A stretch of 64,000 bases of DNA from Eledone cirrhosa (Eukaryota), in NCBI GenBank assembly GCA_964016885.1, contig OZ024758.1, positions 558,001 to 622,000 of the forward strand, read 5' to 3'. Below, in pieces: positions 1 to 17,445 of the stretch (position 1 is the stretch's first letter; every line of letters begins with the position of its first letter). The notes under the pieces were generated by a model that saw nothing but the letters and a program-made list of their open reading frames with translations, was not told where the DNA came from and did not search any database. The translations under genes and the position numbers were made by a program.

Positions 1-239
1 TGCGTGCGTACATACATACATACATACACATACACTCACACATATATATGATTATGTATTGTATATATGAATATATTTATGTATGTATAGGAGCGTGTGT
101 GTGTATGTAGATATGTATGCATTTGTATGTTTAAAAAAAATATTTTTATGGTTATACATATGATTACATATAAAGATAGTGGTAGAGAGACTTCTTACTA
201 TCTCATTCTCACTGCCCACTCTCCCTTTCTCTCTCGATA

Positions 240-283
<44 letters not shown>

Positions 284-294
284 TATATATACAC

Positions 295-327
<33 letters not shown>

Positions 328-340
328 TATATATATATAT

Positions 341-387
<47 letters not shown>

Positions 388-554
388 TATATATATATAT
401 ATATACACACACACATATATATATATACACACACATATATATATATATATATACACACACACATATATATATATATATATACACACACATATATATATAT
501 ATACACACACACATATATATATATATATACACACACATATATATATATATACAC

Positions 555-585
<31 letters not shown>

Positions 586-705
586 TATATATATATATTT
601 ATACACACATACACATATGTAAATATACATATATACACACATATACACATATGTAAATATATATATATATATATATATACAAATATATATATATATACAC
701 ATATG

Positions 706-756
<51 letters not shown>

Positions 757-1247
757 ATAAAACCAAAACACAGTTAAAATGACAGAGAGCGCTATTCATT
801 AAATCTGCGAAAATATCAAACACACTTGAAAATCTAAGTTGTGAGATTTCACTTTAAAGGAACGATTATAGTTAGAAAATACGTTTTAAGTACTCTTTTA
901 CAGTGTTATCATTGATAAACCTTCTCTGCGTTAACATCAATGAGGCGCTTTTTTGTTTTCACCTAATTTTTTAGTGTTTCTACTTGTTTCTATATTTGTT
1001 TCATCATTTTGGAAATTGACTCATTTTCTCTGCCTTTCTATCACTCTATCATTCTATATATCTCTATCTATGAGTGATATATAGTATGTTTATTTATGTC
1101 TTTCTCTCCTCATAATAACACACGGACACATACGTGTGTATGTGCACGCTTACATTTCTGTATATGTATGCATGGACGTATCTTCCTATCGATAGATCCA
1201 TTTGTGGGTGTATCTATCTATCTATCTATCTATATATATATTTTTGA

Positions 1248-1312
<65 letters not shown>

Positions 1313-1376
1313 ATATATATATATATATATATCAATATATATATACATATGTGTATATGTGTATATGTGCGTGCAT

Positions 1377-1412
<36 letters not shown>

Positions 1413-1456
1413 CAATATATATATACATATGTGTATATGTGCGTGCACACACACAC

Positions 1457-1513
<57 letters not shown>

Positions 1514-2206
1514 CGCGCGCTTGCGTTCATAGAATGCATATGTATAAAACTGTCATGGTGTCATAATATATATATGTGTATAACACATAAATACATGCAC
1601 AGGAGCATGTGTATACATCAACATACCTAAACACACACATGTCCATACATACATTCTCTAGTCACTAAATAACCGAAAAAAGAAGCAGTGTATATCCTTT
1701 ACAGAATACTAAGATAGTCACACTCAGGAGTGGCCTGCAGGAAAAAATTAAATGATTTAAAATATAGTTATCTTAAAAAATTAATTGCTTATGTGTAAAG
1801 TCGTGAATGTTTCTTCTTGTCCAATATAGTTTAAACAAAATATCTAGTAGTGAAAAAAAACAACAAAACAAACTACAATATACATAACAATAAGGAAAGA
1901 AATAAAAGAGGAAAATATGAAAAGGAGTAAGAAAAAAGGGAATTAAGCAACGAATAGTTAATTACAAGACATTAAAATATATGAGATTTATTACTTCCTG
2001 ACTGTAGTGACACCCAGGATATATATTTACAATACAAGGTGACCATGCCAGTGACGCCTGGAATTGTAAAAAACAGGGCTTAAATTAAAAACAGTTTGTT
2101 GTAAAATTACCTCAAACTTTGAAGAAAAGTAAAACATTCCGATGACCAGATTAAAATGTAATATATATATATACATACACACATATATATATATACATAT
2201 ATATAT

Positions 2207-2366
2207 GTCCCAAGGCTCTGATACCATCAACGCTATAAACACAGAGCTGGCATATCTAAGAACTGACTAACTGCCTGATGAGGTCATAGCCATTCAATGG
2301 CTATCATCGAAATATATATAGCAGTAAATAAAGGATTATGAGTTCATACAATTGACTTATGTTTCG

Positions 2367-2370
<4 letters not shown>
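2207..2370 (+). mobile_element. Penelope-like pseudo-LTR remnant (family A) containing a minimal hammerhead
   Basis: ~164 bp non-microsatellite island flanked by (TA)n on both sides. It contains a hammerhead core followed by AATAAA and a short tail. A related copy lies at 13874. Confidence 0.6.
2270..2325 (+). ncRNA. minimal type I hammerhead ribozyme
   Basis: ACTGC (2270-74), CTGATGA (2275-81), stem II GGTCATAGCCAT-TCA-ATGGCTATCATC, GAAA (2309-12), TATATATA, GCAGT (2321-25). Stem I is perfectly complementary, stem III is palindromic, and predicted cleavage is after A2320. Confidence 0.75.
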
Positions 2371-2405
<35 letters not shown>

Positions 2406-4242
2406 GTTCATACGTAGATACATATATACCTGTGTGAGTGACTGTTTGCGTGGTGTGTATGTGTGAGTGTTTATTGGCAGGATAAAACAATAGGCATTGA
2501 TGAAATCACCAGCGTTATTTATATTTTATTGTGTTAAGTCCCAGCGACAATAGTTACGTTAAGGTGAGATATATAAAGCAACGTGATTGTGAGCAAGTGG
2601 TTATAACGTGTTGAGCGATCTTTTTATTTCTATGAATTCAATGAGTTTATACAAGACTGTATTACTCTCTAAAGTAGATATTCAACAAATTATTGTGGGA
2701 CTAAATATTACTTCGAAATTACAATTATGAAGAGAAAACATAGTCTTTGTGTTATCGTCAGAGTTGAAAAGGATTGACACATTTAGAGATATTGAGAGAG
2801 ATAACTGAGTTTTGTTGATGGGTATATATGATGTTATAGAAGATTCTTTATTTAACATTTGTTGTGGTTGTCATCACGTGATGTTGACTGCTGCCGTTTT
2901 TCCTTTGAAGTCTCATATCGTGACGGTTGTGATAGAGTAGAACTTGCGTGGGGTACGTAGATGACTTTTGCGCGCACAAGACTGACATGGTGTAAAGAGA
3001 GATATCATTCATTTAGAAAGAAATAGCTGATGTTAGATTAACCAGTACAGAATGAATACATCTGCTCACGAAACAGCATAGAAACAGCAAAGTGTACAGA
3101 AACAAACATTGTGTAACATAAGATTTTAAAAGTGTGGACAGAAAAAATGCCTGAGAGAGTATAGTGAAAAGAAGCTATTATATTAATTTATTAATAACGA
3201 TGGGAAAATAATATCCTTCACAAAAGTCGTAACTCTATGCCACAAAACATTGTGTTCAGCGCTCTACCGATACTGCCAATCCACCGCCCCATTTTCAAGT
3301 ATGTAATATTCGGTTATCAGACCAAACGAACGGAGATTTAAAATCAAGGCATTTAAATGCCTTTCTGGGTCTTTCTATATGTTCTGTAATTTCGATGGTG
3401 TCACCAGCAAGGAAAAGGGTTTCGTTGAGGCGTGACCTATCGCATGTTTTACTGGAGGCATTTAGCACCCCAGATATAAATTTACGTTTCGTTTGGAAAT
3501 TGCTGTGTCAGCTGTTTACTTGTGGATATTTTGTATTTTTATAAATCGTATCATTAAATGTTATTTGTCTAAAATTGTACAATTATAGAACATTATTCAC
3601 ATGAATGGGTGTTATAAGTTTTGTGTTCTTTAGCTCAGTTTACAACTTCAAACGAACAAAGGCCAAGTGAACCCAAGGGGCATCTTAACTAAGTATTTGG
3701 GCTAACATCAGGCGTTTTATATAATCTAGTCCGACCGTTTTATCTTGTAAACGCCAACGATCTTATAGCATTAGTATATCGATTTATATCACCCATTTAC
3801 AACTGTAGAAGTTTCAGTGGAGCAATATACCCGGAGACGTTTTCTGCATGAAAACCAAATAGTTAAAACCATCAAAAACATTAACTTATTTATTAATTCA
3901 GATCAATTATCGCGGAAAATGTGAAATTTGAATTAGTTAAAAGCAATTAAAAGTCAGGGTGGAAATTTGCAACATGTTTCACTTTTATTAAACCTCTTGC
4001 CTGTGCCGTAAACATTATCGGTCCGTGTCAGGTTATCTGATATTAAGTTTATTGAAAGACTATATGGAAGCTTAAAATACTACAGGATTTACCAAAGCAA
4101 TTTTGATTACTTTTGATCAAGGATTTGGTAAATCATTATGAAAGTAAAATAATCTGATCTGGTGAGGCGTGTAAGTGGAACCCCAGTAGCACAAAACAAG
4201 AGTTGTTAGTAGGACAGATAGACTCTTCTGAATGAACATATA

Positions 4243-4381
4243 CCTTACACAGCTAGGTAATATAGTCCTTACACAGCTAGGTAATACAGTCCTTACACAA
4301 CTAGGTAATAGAGTCCTTACACAACTAGGTAACATATTCCTCACACAGCTAAGTAATATAGTCTTTACACAGCTAGGTAAT
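4243..4381. repeat. 24-bp minisatellite, ~6 copies
   Basis: Unit CCTTACACAGCTAGGTAATATAGT repeated head-to-tail with point variants and no spacers. Confidence 0.9.
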
Positions 4382-5296
4382 GTTTGTGGTTATATAGTCA
4401 GGTTGATGTAGGACTTGACGACACAAAATGACGTTTTTGTTTTGTTTGTCTTTTATTGACATGCTAGAATGTTAAAATATTATACGTCATTCTGATGTGC
4501 TAAATAGAATAGAAATAAAGAAATCTAGCACACACATATACGTACACATACACACACACATATACGTACACATACACACCTACATACATACGTACACATA
4601 GACACTAACATATATACACACACATGCACACACATACACACTCATACACACGCACTTATCTTCATAGAAGGAAATAAATTGAAGCAAATATCTACACACA
4701 TACTCACACATACATACAGACATAGACATTAATAAACACATACTCACACACACATGCTCACACATACATGCTCACACACACATTCTCACACACACATGCT
4801 CACACACACATATGCTCACACACACACACGCTCGCACACACATGCTCACAAACATTTCTTTTTAGAAGCAGAAAGCAAAAGAAAAACATTCTAAGATTAA
4901 TATCAGGAAGAAAGAGAAAGAAAGAAAAAAAAGACTATGGCATTCTATCAAAATTTAATTCTAGTAAAATATGTTAACTTTTTGATGTGGTTGCAGTTTA
5001 GGACACAGAAACTAGCATATGATGAGGTCGAGACAATACAACAAGGAGAAGAGTGTTTCATACTGTAACAAACGTGTTGAATTTTGAAAGAAGCTTTGTT
5101 TTGTATTCCTCTTTGTACAAAGACAACATTGTTACAGAATTGAGAAAGAAAGAAAGAAATTATGAATAGAGAATCTTTTTTATGTTTTAGTAAATACTTC
5201 ATATCGTTTATATACATGTAACTAAATAGTACAAGACAAATGTGAGTTACTTTCGTATTTTACGAGGATCAACACTGAATCATATTGTAGCATGTG

Positions 5297-5570
5297 AAGG
5301 ATGGGTGGATTAGCAGTAGGGATAGAGTCGGACAACATGCTTTGCGTCATATAGTTACAGTCCTTTACGGTCCTTTATTTTCGGAGTTCAAATCCCACCG
5401 AGGCTATATTTGCCTTTCATCCTTACAGGGTCGATATAATAAAGGATCAGTAGCGCACTGGGATCGATTTAATTGCCCCACCCGTCGGATTACACCATGT
5501 AACAAAAAAAATGTTTTTCTCTTTTCCTGGCTTGTAATCACTTTTTTTGTGTTGCTTAGGTCCCAAATAA
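5297..5570 (+). mobile_element. tRNA-derived SINE (family S1), diverged copy
   Basis: B-box-like GAGTTCAAATCC followed by the conserved core GCCTTTCATCCTTACAGGGTCGATA, shared with copies at 13983, 18375, 31736, 50561 and 53568. Confidence 0.75.
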
Positions 5571-6190
5571 AAAAAAAGTGCTATTAAACAGTTAAAAGTT
5601 TGGGTTTGTAAAAATTCTAAGATATTCACTAGAATTATTTGTATGCTGGATTTTACGTTGTATGTAAGTTTAATTTACTTATGTTAAATGATTTTTTAAT
5701 ATATGTTTCAGGTTAAATTAAAATTATAAAATAAAGAATAATACCTAAAGAAAATTATAAAAGTGTAATAAAGTATAAAATTGTTAAAAATAATTTGTAT
5801 TGTGCCTAAATCAGAAACCATGCTTTTAGCTTTGCTTTCTTGTGCAGCTTCACAGACATACATTTAAAAATATAAAAATAATAAATTGTTTCTATTTCAT
5901 CCATATAAAAGTACGTTAATGAGGAAGGTTTTAGGGTGGAGTTGAATATCTGAATTAATTTTGGCCGCCTCTTCACAGTCCTCGAATGGACGAATTTTCA
6001 AATTATTTTGACGAAGTAAAAATATTCTATACTTTATGATGCAGAAAATTAATGAAATGATAATTAGTGTAGGAGCAATATGAACAGCAATCTTTAAATT
6101 AGAAGTGTAACTTTATGATTATTTCAATTATGATGTTTTCTCCCCATCGAGGAGGTTCCAGCGTGTGACACTATGGGCAAGAGTGTTCTA

Positions 6191-6268
<78 letters not shown>

Positions 6269-6296
6269 GTATGTATATATGTATATATATATGTAT

Positions 6297-6327
<31 letters not shown>

Positions 6328-6384
6328 TATATATATATGTATGTATATATGTATATATATATGTATATATACATATATACATAC

Positions 6385-6450
<66 letters not shown>

Positions 6451-6471
6451 GTATATATATGTATATATATG

Positions 6472-6503
<32 letters not shown>

Positions 6504-6512
6504 TATATGTAT

Positions 6513-7116
6513 GTCAGGTCACCAGTTGGTGCTACTGGTAACACGTATCCCAGTACAAACTCTCTCATGGTCGGGTCGTTGGCGACTAAACTGGCAACCC
6601 CACCAAGGTTTCTTGGTGAGGAGGGTGGCATTGGACATCCTGCAGGACAAAAAAAAAACCTGTCAAAGGCCAAAGGAGCTCTTAAGAGTCAATGGCCATC
6701 CAAAATCACCAGGAGAGATGACCCCTTAGCCTTTGTCAAGACAGAATTCTAGGAGAAGGAAAACTCTGATATAACACCTGCAACCCTGATGGTATCCAAT
6801 GATGTTGACTTGTTCTTCTTTTTGGTAAATATCATCTTGGTTAAGAGAGTGGGACTGGCTTTGTGCAGTGCCTTTGCTCACTATAAAAGCTTCACGGCAC
6901 AGGCATTGCTTTGTATCTGGAGATCTCTCTGCACTTGTCACATGGTACCAAATGCAAAGCACTATGTGTCAATGATTGTCACAGATGTAGTGTTTGTACC
7001 AGAGTTTTCAAGTCGCTGGCTGGACTAAAAAGTCACACTCGTTCAGCGCATCGGTAGGGGTTCTCCTACATGGATATAAAGTAGTGGCCGTACTCGAAAA
7101 CGAGTTGGCAGCCACC

Positions 7117-7118
<2 letters not shown>
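6513..7118 (+). mobile_element. non-autonomous RTE-type retroelement (5' UTR-like part joined to the ORF C-terminus and 3' end)
   Basis: Contains the RTE 5'UTR-like motif CTAGGAGAAGGAAAACTCTGA. 6986-7057 encodes [23 protein letters not shown], a C2H2-like RTE C-terminus. The 3' end GTGGCCGTACTCGAAAACGAGTTGGCAGCCACCAT is identical to the copy at 45673-45878. Flanked by TA arrays. Confidence 0.7.
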
Positions 7119-7154
<36 letters not shown>

Positions 7155-7239
7155 ATGTATGTATTTATATATGTATATATATATATGTGTATGTATGTAT
7201 TTATATATGTATATATATATATGTGTATGTATGTATTTA

Positions 7240-7284
<45 letters not shown>

Positions 7285-7494
7285 ATGTATGTATATATAT
7301 ATATATATATGTGTGTATGTATGTATATATATATATATATATATGTGTATGTATCTATAGGTATATGTATGTATGTATGTATATATGTATGTATGTATGT
7401 ATGTATATATATATGTATGTATGTATATATATATGTATGGATGTATATATATGTATGTATGTATGTATATATATATGTATGTATGTATATAATG

Positions 7495-7527
<33 letters not shown>

Positions 7528-8036
7528 GTATATATGTATACATACATACATACATACATATGTGTGTGTATGTGTATATATATGTGTTCTATGACTGCCC
7601 TCCATATACTCGAGATGTCATGTAAAGATACTTTTAGCCAAAATATCTGGAATTTTCCATAGACTTCCTATAAAAGTTGACCCTAGTATTTCACGGATAT
7701 CGGTCAACATTTGTGGGTTGAGGTATCATCCTGTACGTAGAAATAACACTGTTAGAAAATCATGACTGTTAGTGGTGGAGAGTGAGGTGTTTCTACTTCT
7801 TTTCTCAATGGTGGTATATATATATATGTATATATATATGTATATATATAAATAGATGTTTATATATATATATGATATATATAAATATATGTGTGTTGGC
7901 GGCGTGTATGTGAATATGAAACATACTGTGTATTTAAATTTCTCAATGAAGCACATATGTAAAGACAGACGCAAACATATGGAAACTCCACAAGTACATG
8001 CATTTATATGTGTGTGTTTGTGTTTGTGTGTGTTTA

Positions 8037-8074
<38 letters not shown>

Positions 8075-8099
8075 GAGAGAAAGGGATAGATAGATAGAT

Positions 8100-11005
<2,906 letters not shown>

Positions 11006-11343
11006 GCAAAAAGAGCTGAACGAAACACTCAATAACCGAATCAAAAGACCGAGATTCAGCAAAGGAGGATGGAAATGTCATTTAAATATGGTTTCTACAT
11101 ATATCTGAAAGACAAGGTTATAGTTAAAACATATTTTTTCTAACATGTGTCTTGTACATTATTGTTAAAACTATAAAGTGTGGGCAACTAACACAAAATA
11201 ATACCATACATGAAAAAACATCATTGTGAATAGTTTTATATATTCATACATATGTAGAAACGATGTACAGTAAAACACATACGTATATGATATATACACA
11301 AACATGCATATACAAATACATACATAATACAAATATATATCTA

Positions 11344-11374
<31 letters not shown>

Positions 11375-11532
11375 ATGTATATATGTGTGTGTGTGTATGT
11401 ATGTATGTATATATATGTATGTGTGTGTAAATATGTATGTATATATATATATATGTATATATATATATTGATATATGTATGTATATGTTTATATATATAT
11501 ATATATATACGTCTGTCTACACACACACACAC

Positions 11533-11611
<79 letters not shown>

Positions 11612-13594
11612 CGTATATATGTATGTATGTTAAAACCTTTGTTGTGAATATATAATGTTATCATTTACTTTTGGGGTTTTTTCTTTCGGTTAAAGTATAA
11701 GAAAAAATATTTAAAATACGAAAGTCACACAAGAAAAGACAATAAAGAAGAAGAAAACAATATAAAAAAAACCCAAACAAAATATATATGAAGAACGAAA
11801 CATTCCACATTTAAAATGAAGGAAATAGATAGTTTGTAGTAAGATTAGAAAAAAAGTTATAGAGTCAAGGGTGGAATATTAGGGTTAAGATTACGACAGA
11901 AGACTAGCTTTTAGGACTGGAATAAAAATCTCTGAAGAACCGTAGAGGAGAAACGAAAACATTCTACATCTGCTTCAATGGAAAAACCTCTTTGTAAACT
12001 TTTTATTCTATTGTCGTTGCTGCAATTGTCGTTATGTTGGCCGTCTTTCATTTTTCCTGTACCTAGTGCATCTTCTGGCGTTGTCTTTCATTTTTTCTTC
12101 TTTTTGTTTCCTTCTCTACTCCTCCCCTACAAATATACACACATATGCAAACACACACACAAATATACACACGCACACATACATACACATACACATACGT
12201 ATAGACATTGTCAAATATACATACATATGTGTGTGTCTGCGTGTGAATGTGGGTATGTGTGCTTGTGTATATGTGTGTGTATATATACTCATCGCCCCTG
12301 AAAAGTTAGTCTTACTTGTTTATGGTTCACAAAACCACTGGTAATGCACAGATGCGCCAACATGATAATATAGACAACCACACGCATATCACACACACAC
12401 ACATTGAGTGAGTGTGAAAGACCAAAGGTCATTATTGAAAGTCTCTGGATTTCGCAAAATACATAATATTTTTTTATGTATTTTAAGTGGAAACTGTTTT
12501 GTTTCCACTTACGTATTTTTCGAAAATGTGTGTGTGTGTCTGTCTGTCGGTCTGTGTCTGTGCGTGTGTGCGGATAGTTAAGTATGTAGCACAACCTCTC
12601 TACATATATTAATGTTTTGGTTACAAATATTTGACTTCATATGATTTAAGCCAGTAGTTGATCAGTTGTTTAATCCCAGGTTATCTTTGATGAGGCCAAG
12701 AAGGAAATTTTGTACAACTGGAGCAGTATTGTCCAATGTAACATTATGTAAGATAGCGGGATGTTGAGTGAGTTTTGGCTGCCATTTCAACGCTCACTGT
12801 TAGCTCATTGACCAATTATAGACTATTGTATGTATATTCTGGATTTACTTTATTTACAATCTCTGATTCTTGATTCCCCATCTCTCTCTGTTTTTCTGAC
12901 TGTCTGTCTCTCTCAGTTTGTCTGGTTCTCTCTCTCCTATCTCTCTCCCTCTCATCCTCCTATTTCGCGGCTCTTTTCTTTCACCTTTCCGTTGTTTGTT
13001 CGCTTAAACTGTAAAATATATTCGGGTTTCATCTTTATATTTTGTTTTCATTGTATTAATCTCGCTCTCAGTCGCTTACATGAATTTCAAATTTTTACAC
13101 CTCACTCTGGCGATAAAACGTGGCCTAGATCTACAGCCTCTGTGATGGTTGTGTTGAAGGTGGCGTTGGTGTGAAGGGAATGTCTTTGACCATATTTCTT
13201 TCTATTTACTTTCTCTACTTTCAATGTTCTGTTAGAAACGGAAGTGAACATTTTTTCTGTTTATTTTTTTAAAACTTCTTTTGTGGTTTCTTCGTGTTTA
13301 AGGATGCTGCCATCTATTTATTCTAGAACTTCCTTTCTATAAACCAGATTTTACAGTGTTTATATATATTTATTTAAAGACTCAGAACTACACATAATCT
13401 AGTTCTCTTTATAATAGGCTTGGTTATATTTAATAAACTTCCTAATAAGTAGTCCAATAAGGATTGTTTGAAACTAAAAAGTATTTCATATTTTTATAGT
13501 ACTTCGTTATACGAATTATTATCTAATGTATGCAACTCTTTTTGATGCATAGGAATTATCGTATGTATAATAATGTTTCTGATTTAGGCACAGG

Positions 13595-13740
13595 GTGATG
13601 TAGAGAGGGGAGGCTGGTAGGCATGGGCAACTACTGGTCTTCCACAAACATTATTGCTCGGACTTGTACACTGGAGGGCAACTTTTGAGGTGTAAATCTC
13701 ATGGTCATTCGAGACCAAAGATTGTCTTTACCTCTTTTAT
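13595..13740 (+). mobile_element. SINE family S2, 3' fragment
   Basis: GGTCTTCCACAAAC...GGAGGGCAACTTT...GGTGTAAATCTCATGGTCATTCG resembles the reverse complement of 32960-33090. Confidence 0.55.
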
Positions 13741-13873
13741 AAGCACTGGTGTCACCATTGCTTTGAGAAAAAAAAACACCATACTTCAGCACAGGGCATA
13801 TAAAAAAATCAAAATAACCGAGGTAAACTTTTTCCATCATTATGGTTTTCTGATTTTTCTGTTCAAATTCTAA

Positions 13874-13930
13874 CTGTCTGGTGAGGTCATAGCTGTTGCA
13901 TAATGGTTATCGCCGAAATATATATAACAG
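13874..13930 (+). ncRNA. degenerate minimal hammerhead (family A, core mutation CTGGTGA)
   Basis: CTGT, CTGGTGA, GGTCATAGCTGTT-GCAT-AATGGTTATCGCC, GAAA, TATATATA, ACAG. Homologous to 2270-2325 with a compensatory stem I change. Confidence 0.6.
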
Positions 13931-13982
13931 CGAATATGAAGAAACGAAGTTAATTTTAACCTGATGACTTACACTTCTTGTT

Positions 13983-14131
13983 GGATTGGCAGAATCGGTT
14001 GAGTTCAAATTCCGCCTTTCATCATTACGGGGTCGATAAAATAAAGTACCAGTAACGAACTGGGGTCGATTTAGTCGACTTGACTCTTCCCTTTAGATTG
14101 CTGGCCTTGTGCCGAATATAGAGACAATTAT
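13983..14131 (+). mobile_element. SINE family S1, internally deleted copy
   Basis: GAGTTCAAATTCCGCCTTTCATCATTACGGGGTCGATAAAATAAAGTACCAG...TTGCTGGCCTTGTGCC. Confidence 0.75.
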
Positions 14132-14392
14132 TGACGGAAACATCATTAATACAAAGGATTTCTAAATTATAGAGAAACTAATGATATGTAACTTTAAATG
14201 GAATTGCAAGATGAAAGAAAAGCAAACATATTACACGTGAGCGTTCACAGACTTACATATATGAAAACTGAGTGTCTAATTCGAGGACAGAAGATATAAA
14301 GTCAGATATCCAAGCATAGAAATTGAAAGCTGAAAGAATGGGAGATATATGAAGTGTAAAGGATAAATACCGTAGGATAAAGGAAAACCGAA

Positions 14393-14430
<38 letters not shown>

Positions 14431-15862
14431 GTTGGCAAGGAGATATAATGACACTGAAGGTAAGTGTACCTATTTAAAAGGTTAACTCTGTGGATTGAAT
14501 TACAACTATTGGCTAATGTTCTTGCTTAGTTCTAGGTCAGCACTGATTAATCGGATCTATGATCAAAGGAGCTACCAGGGTCAAGATCCTGTCCTAGTTT
14601 TATCCATAGTGAATCAAGGATGCAATTATCCTGTTTGTACTTTATATTTGTTATTGTCGTTGTTTAACCCCAAGTCACAGAATCGACAATGAAAACGAAA
14701 TATAATTGTGATCTATTAAAATATAATAGCCATTTATTTTGTACATTGCGTTGTGCAAATGTCACCTCCATTGTATAATTTACAATATGTTTACAAGTCA
14801 ATGAACACATATTGTGGTCATGGTATAATAATAACGGTAGTGAAGATGCCGAGGATAATGATGAGGAGATGGACAATACTAGCGGCTGTGTTATTCGTAA
14901 TTAAAAATCTAAATGATGTTGATAAAGAATTTCTTCTTTCGCAATTAATCTTAAATTACTTGATTTTTTCCGTAAATATATATATATTTTCCCCATATTA
15001 TCTTTCCTATAAATATCATATATGGCGATGTTATAACAGTCCTTGTATTTTGTTTTAAAAGATATTGACAGATACATTTAGAACCCGTGCATCATTCAAT
15101 ACATATCTTGTTCTGATATATTTACACTTTACTATTTGAACATTGATGCAGTCTGATGAAGGTTAATGAAAAAAAAAATGAATTCATGTGTTACACCGAA
15201 GTCCATCTTTGCTAATTAAATACAATATTTGATTCGTCCATTTTTATCACTCCTAGGATGAATAACCTTGCTTAACGGAAAAAGAATCTGAGCCTATATC
15301 CCAAAGTATTGTGCCCAGCTCTCGATCACTTTTACTATTCGCTGCTCTAATAAAAATAATATCAAGTTACAACACAAGCACACCATCTTAAACTATATCA
15401 ATCCTATTGTGAGGATTGATATAGTTGAGTTTTTCGACTTTACTAAATCACGTGTACGTATTCTTCAGACATTGCTCGATGGTATGTAACTATAGAGAAG
15501 AAGCGGACTGGGTCCAAAAATATTGGTTGCTAGGAGATGAAGGGGGCCCACCTACATATAGAATACTATCATTTAATTTTTATAATGAATAAATAACATT
15601 TTCGAAAAATACATAAGTGGAAACAAAACAGTGCAATCAAATTTTTGCGGAAAAATATCTTCTCCAATAAAAAAATATAATTTTCAAAACAAAGTGTTGA
15701 GGTGTCCTTCATGTCTTTCTTAATGTTATTGCTCCTACTTAAGATCGACTTCTAAATCATTTGGGTGTTCCATAAACTAAATCCTCCTTTTGTTTTACAT
15801 CTATCTAGACTATATTTTAACCTGTAATCCATGTTTCATTTCTGTTCCACCTCATTTCTCCC

Positions 15863-15936
<74 letters not shown>

Positions 15937-16171
15937 TCTATGATATTTGAATCTACTATGATTTGGGCTTACCTTATTCCTATATATATGTTTTTGCATG
16001 TCAGTTAGATTCAAACTTACAATAATTGGCATTATATTATTGGCGTGGACGGCTGCTAAATACGGTTTGAGAAACAGAGGTACAAGCAACATAAATCTGA
16101 TCTTGATAACTTCAATAATACTAACATGTCAAAATATTAAAGATTTATACAACAATATTATTCTTTTTCAG

Positions 16172-16587
16172 GAGGTACGCTATTCGTCAGTGTGCCCGAT
16201 GTAACACGGGTATTTCTGCACAAGAACTTGTCATGAGAGTGCGGGACTTAGTATACCATCTAGGCTGCTTTGTGTGTGAAGGCTGTAACAGGCCATTGAC
16301 CAAAGGGGACCATTTTGGCATGAAAGGCCATCTGGTTTACTGTCGGACAGACTATGAACTCTTGTTTCAGGAAGGATGTAGGGAGTACTTACCTTTGAGA
16401 GAACAGCGGACAGATGAATCAGGAGACCATAATGAAAGCTTGTGTGATGTCAGACCTCTGGTAGCTGGACTTGAAAGGGGTCATGCCCCTTCTAATTATA
16501 CCGGAGTCGTTCTGCCAATTCAACCAAAAGGTAGATCACGTAAAAGGAAAACAGCATGTTTAAATGCCACCTTAAATTGCCAGACTG
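16172..16587 (+). CDS. Lhx2/9: LIM/homeobox protein Lhx2/9 (apterous-like), exon encoding LIM domain 2 and linker
   Basis: Acceptor ttctttttcAG (16170-71). Reads RYAIRQCARCNTGISAQELVMRVRDLVYHLGCFVCEGCNRPLTKGDHFGMKGHLVYCRTDY, with LIM zinc-ligand spacing and the Lhx2/9-typical GDHFGMK, plus a KGRSRKRK basic motif. Donor G/GTGAGT at 16588, phase 1. Confidence 0.93.
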
Positions 16588-16627
16588 GTGAGTAAATGAC
16601 TTCAGTATAATAATAATCTTACTATCC

Positions 16628-16699
<72 letters not shown>

Positions 16700-17445
16700 A
16701 TATATATAAATATATATATATATATGATATATACATATTTATATTGATTTGTATATCTCTTTTTTATTTTGTTATTGTTTGAATTTGGTGGGGTAGAAAT
16801 GATGTATTCTTCCATAGTGTTCCTCGGTATGTTATTTAAGGACATATACACACACATCATCTTGATATTGGTTGGAATGAGTATATTAAAAGCTCTATTT
16901 AACAATTGGTTAGAACACCTTCCTGCTTATCTGAAAAGTGGCACTAATTGTAACAATATCAATTCTATAAATGCTTGAAATATTTGTGATTTCGTTAAAA
17001 ATATACAATATGAGCAACCAAAACGTTTAAGAATACATGTAATAAAAACAAATTTGAAACTGATATCAAATATATAATGGGAATTTTGTCTCAAATTTCG
17101 TAGCGCTGAGAGAAACTCTTTGGAATATTTTCTGTGGATAAAATAGATATCTGAATAGCAAAACAACGGAATATGCATGCCACAGATTATAAGAATATAT
17201 CATAATAAAGAAAGCACTGCTTATCAAAGATATATATCTGAACTATGCATCAAGCTCAGCGCCATTCACAGCACACGAACTAATAATTATCTCAGTTGTT
17301 GACAGCCTCGATTATATCAATATATTGTAGAATAATATAGTTTCCAATTTATATATTTGTATATATACAAACAATTCAAACACGCGTATATATTTTTATA
17401 AACATATGCTCATATATATACTTGTATATTTGCGCAATTAGGTAC

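Noticed and set aside
4243-4381. Regular repeat resembling a CRISPR array or repetitive ORF (LPSCVRT)
   Set aside because: Head-to-tail 24-mers without unique spacers, in a eukaryotic context with no cas genes.
15148-15215. CTGATGA-AGGT...ACC-GAAG possible hammerhead
   Set aside because: GAAA is mutated and stems I and III cannot be paired. At best a very old remnant.
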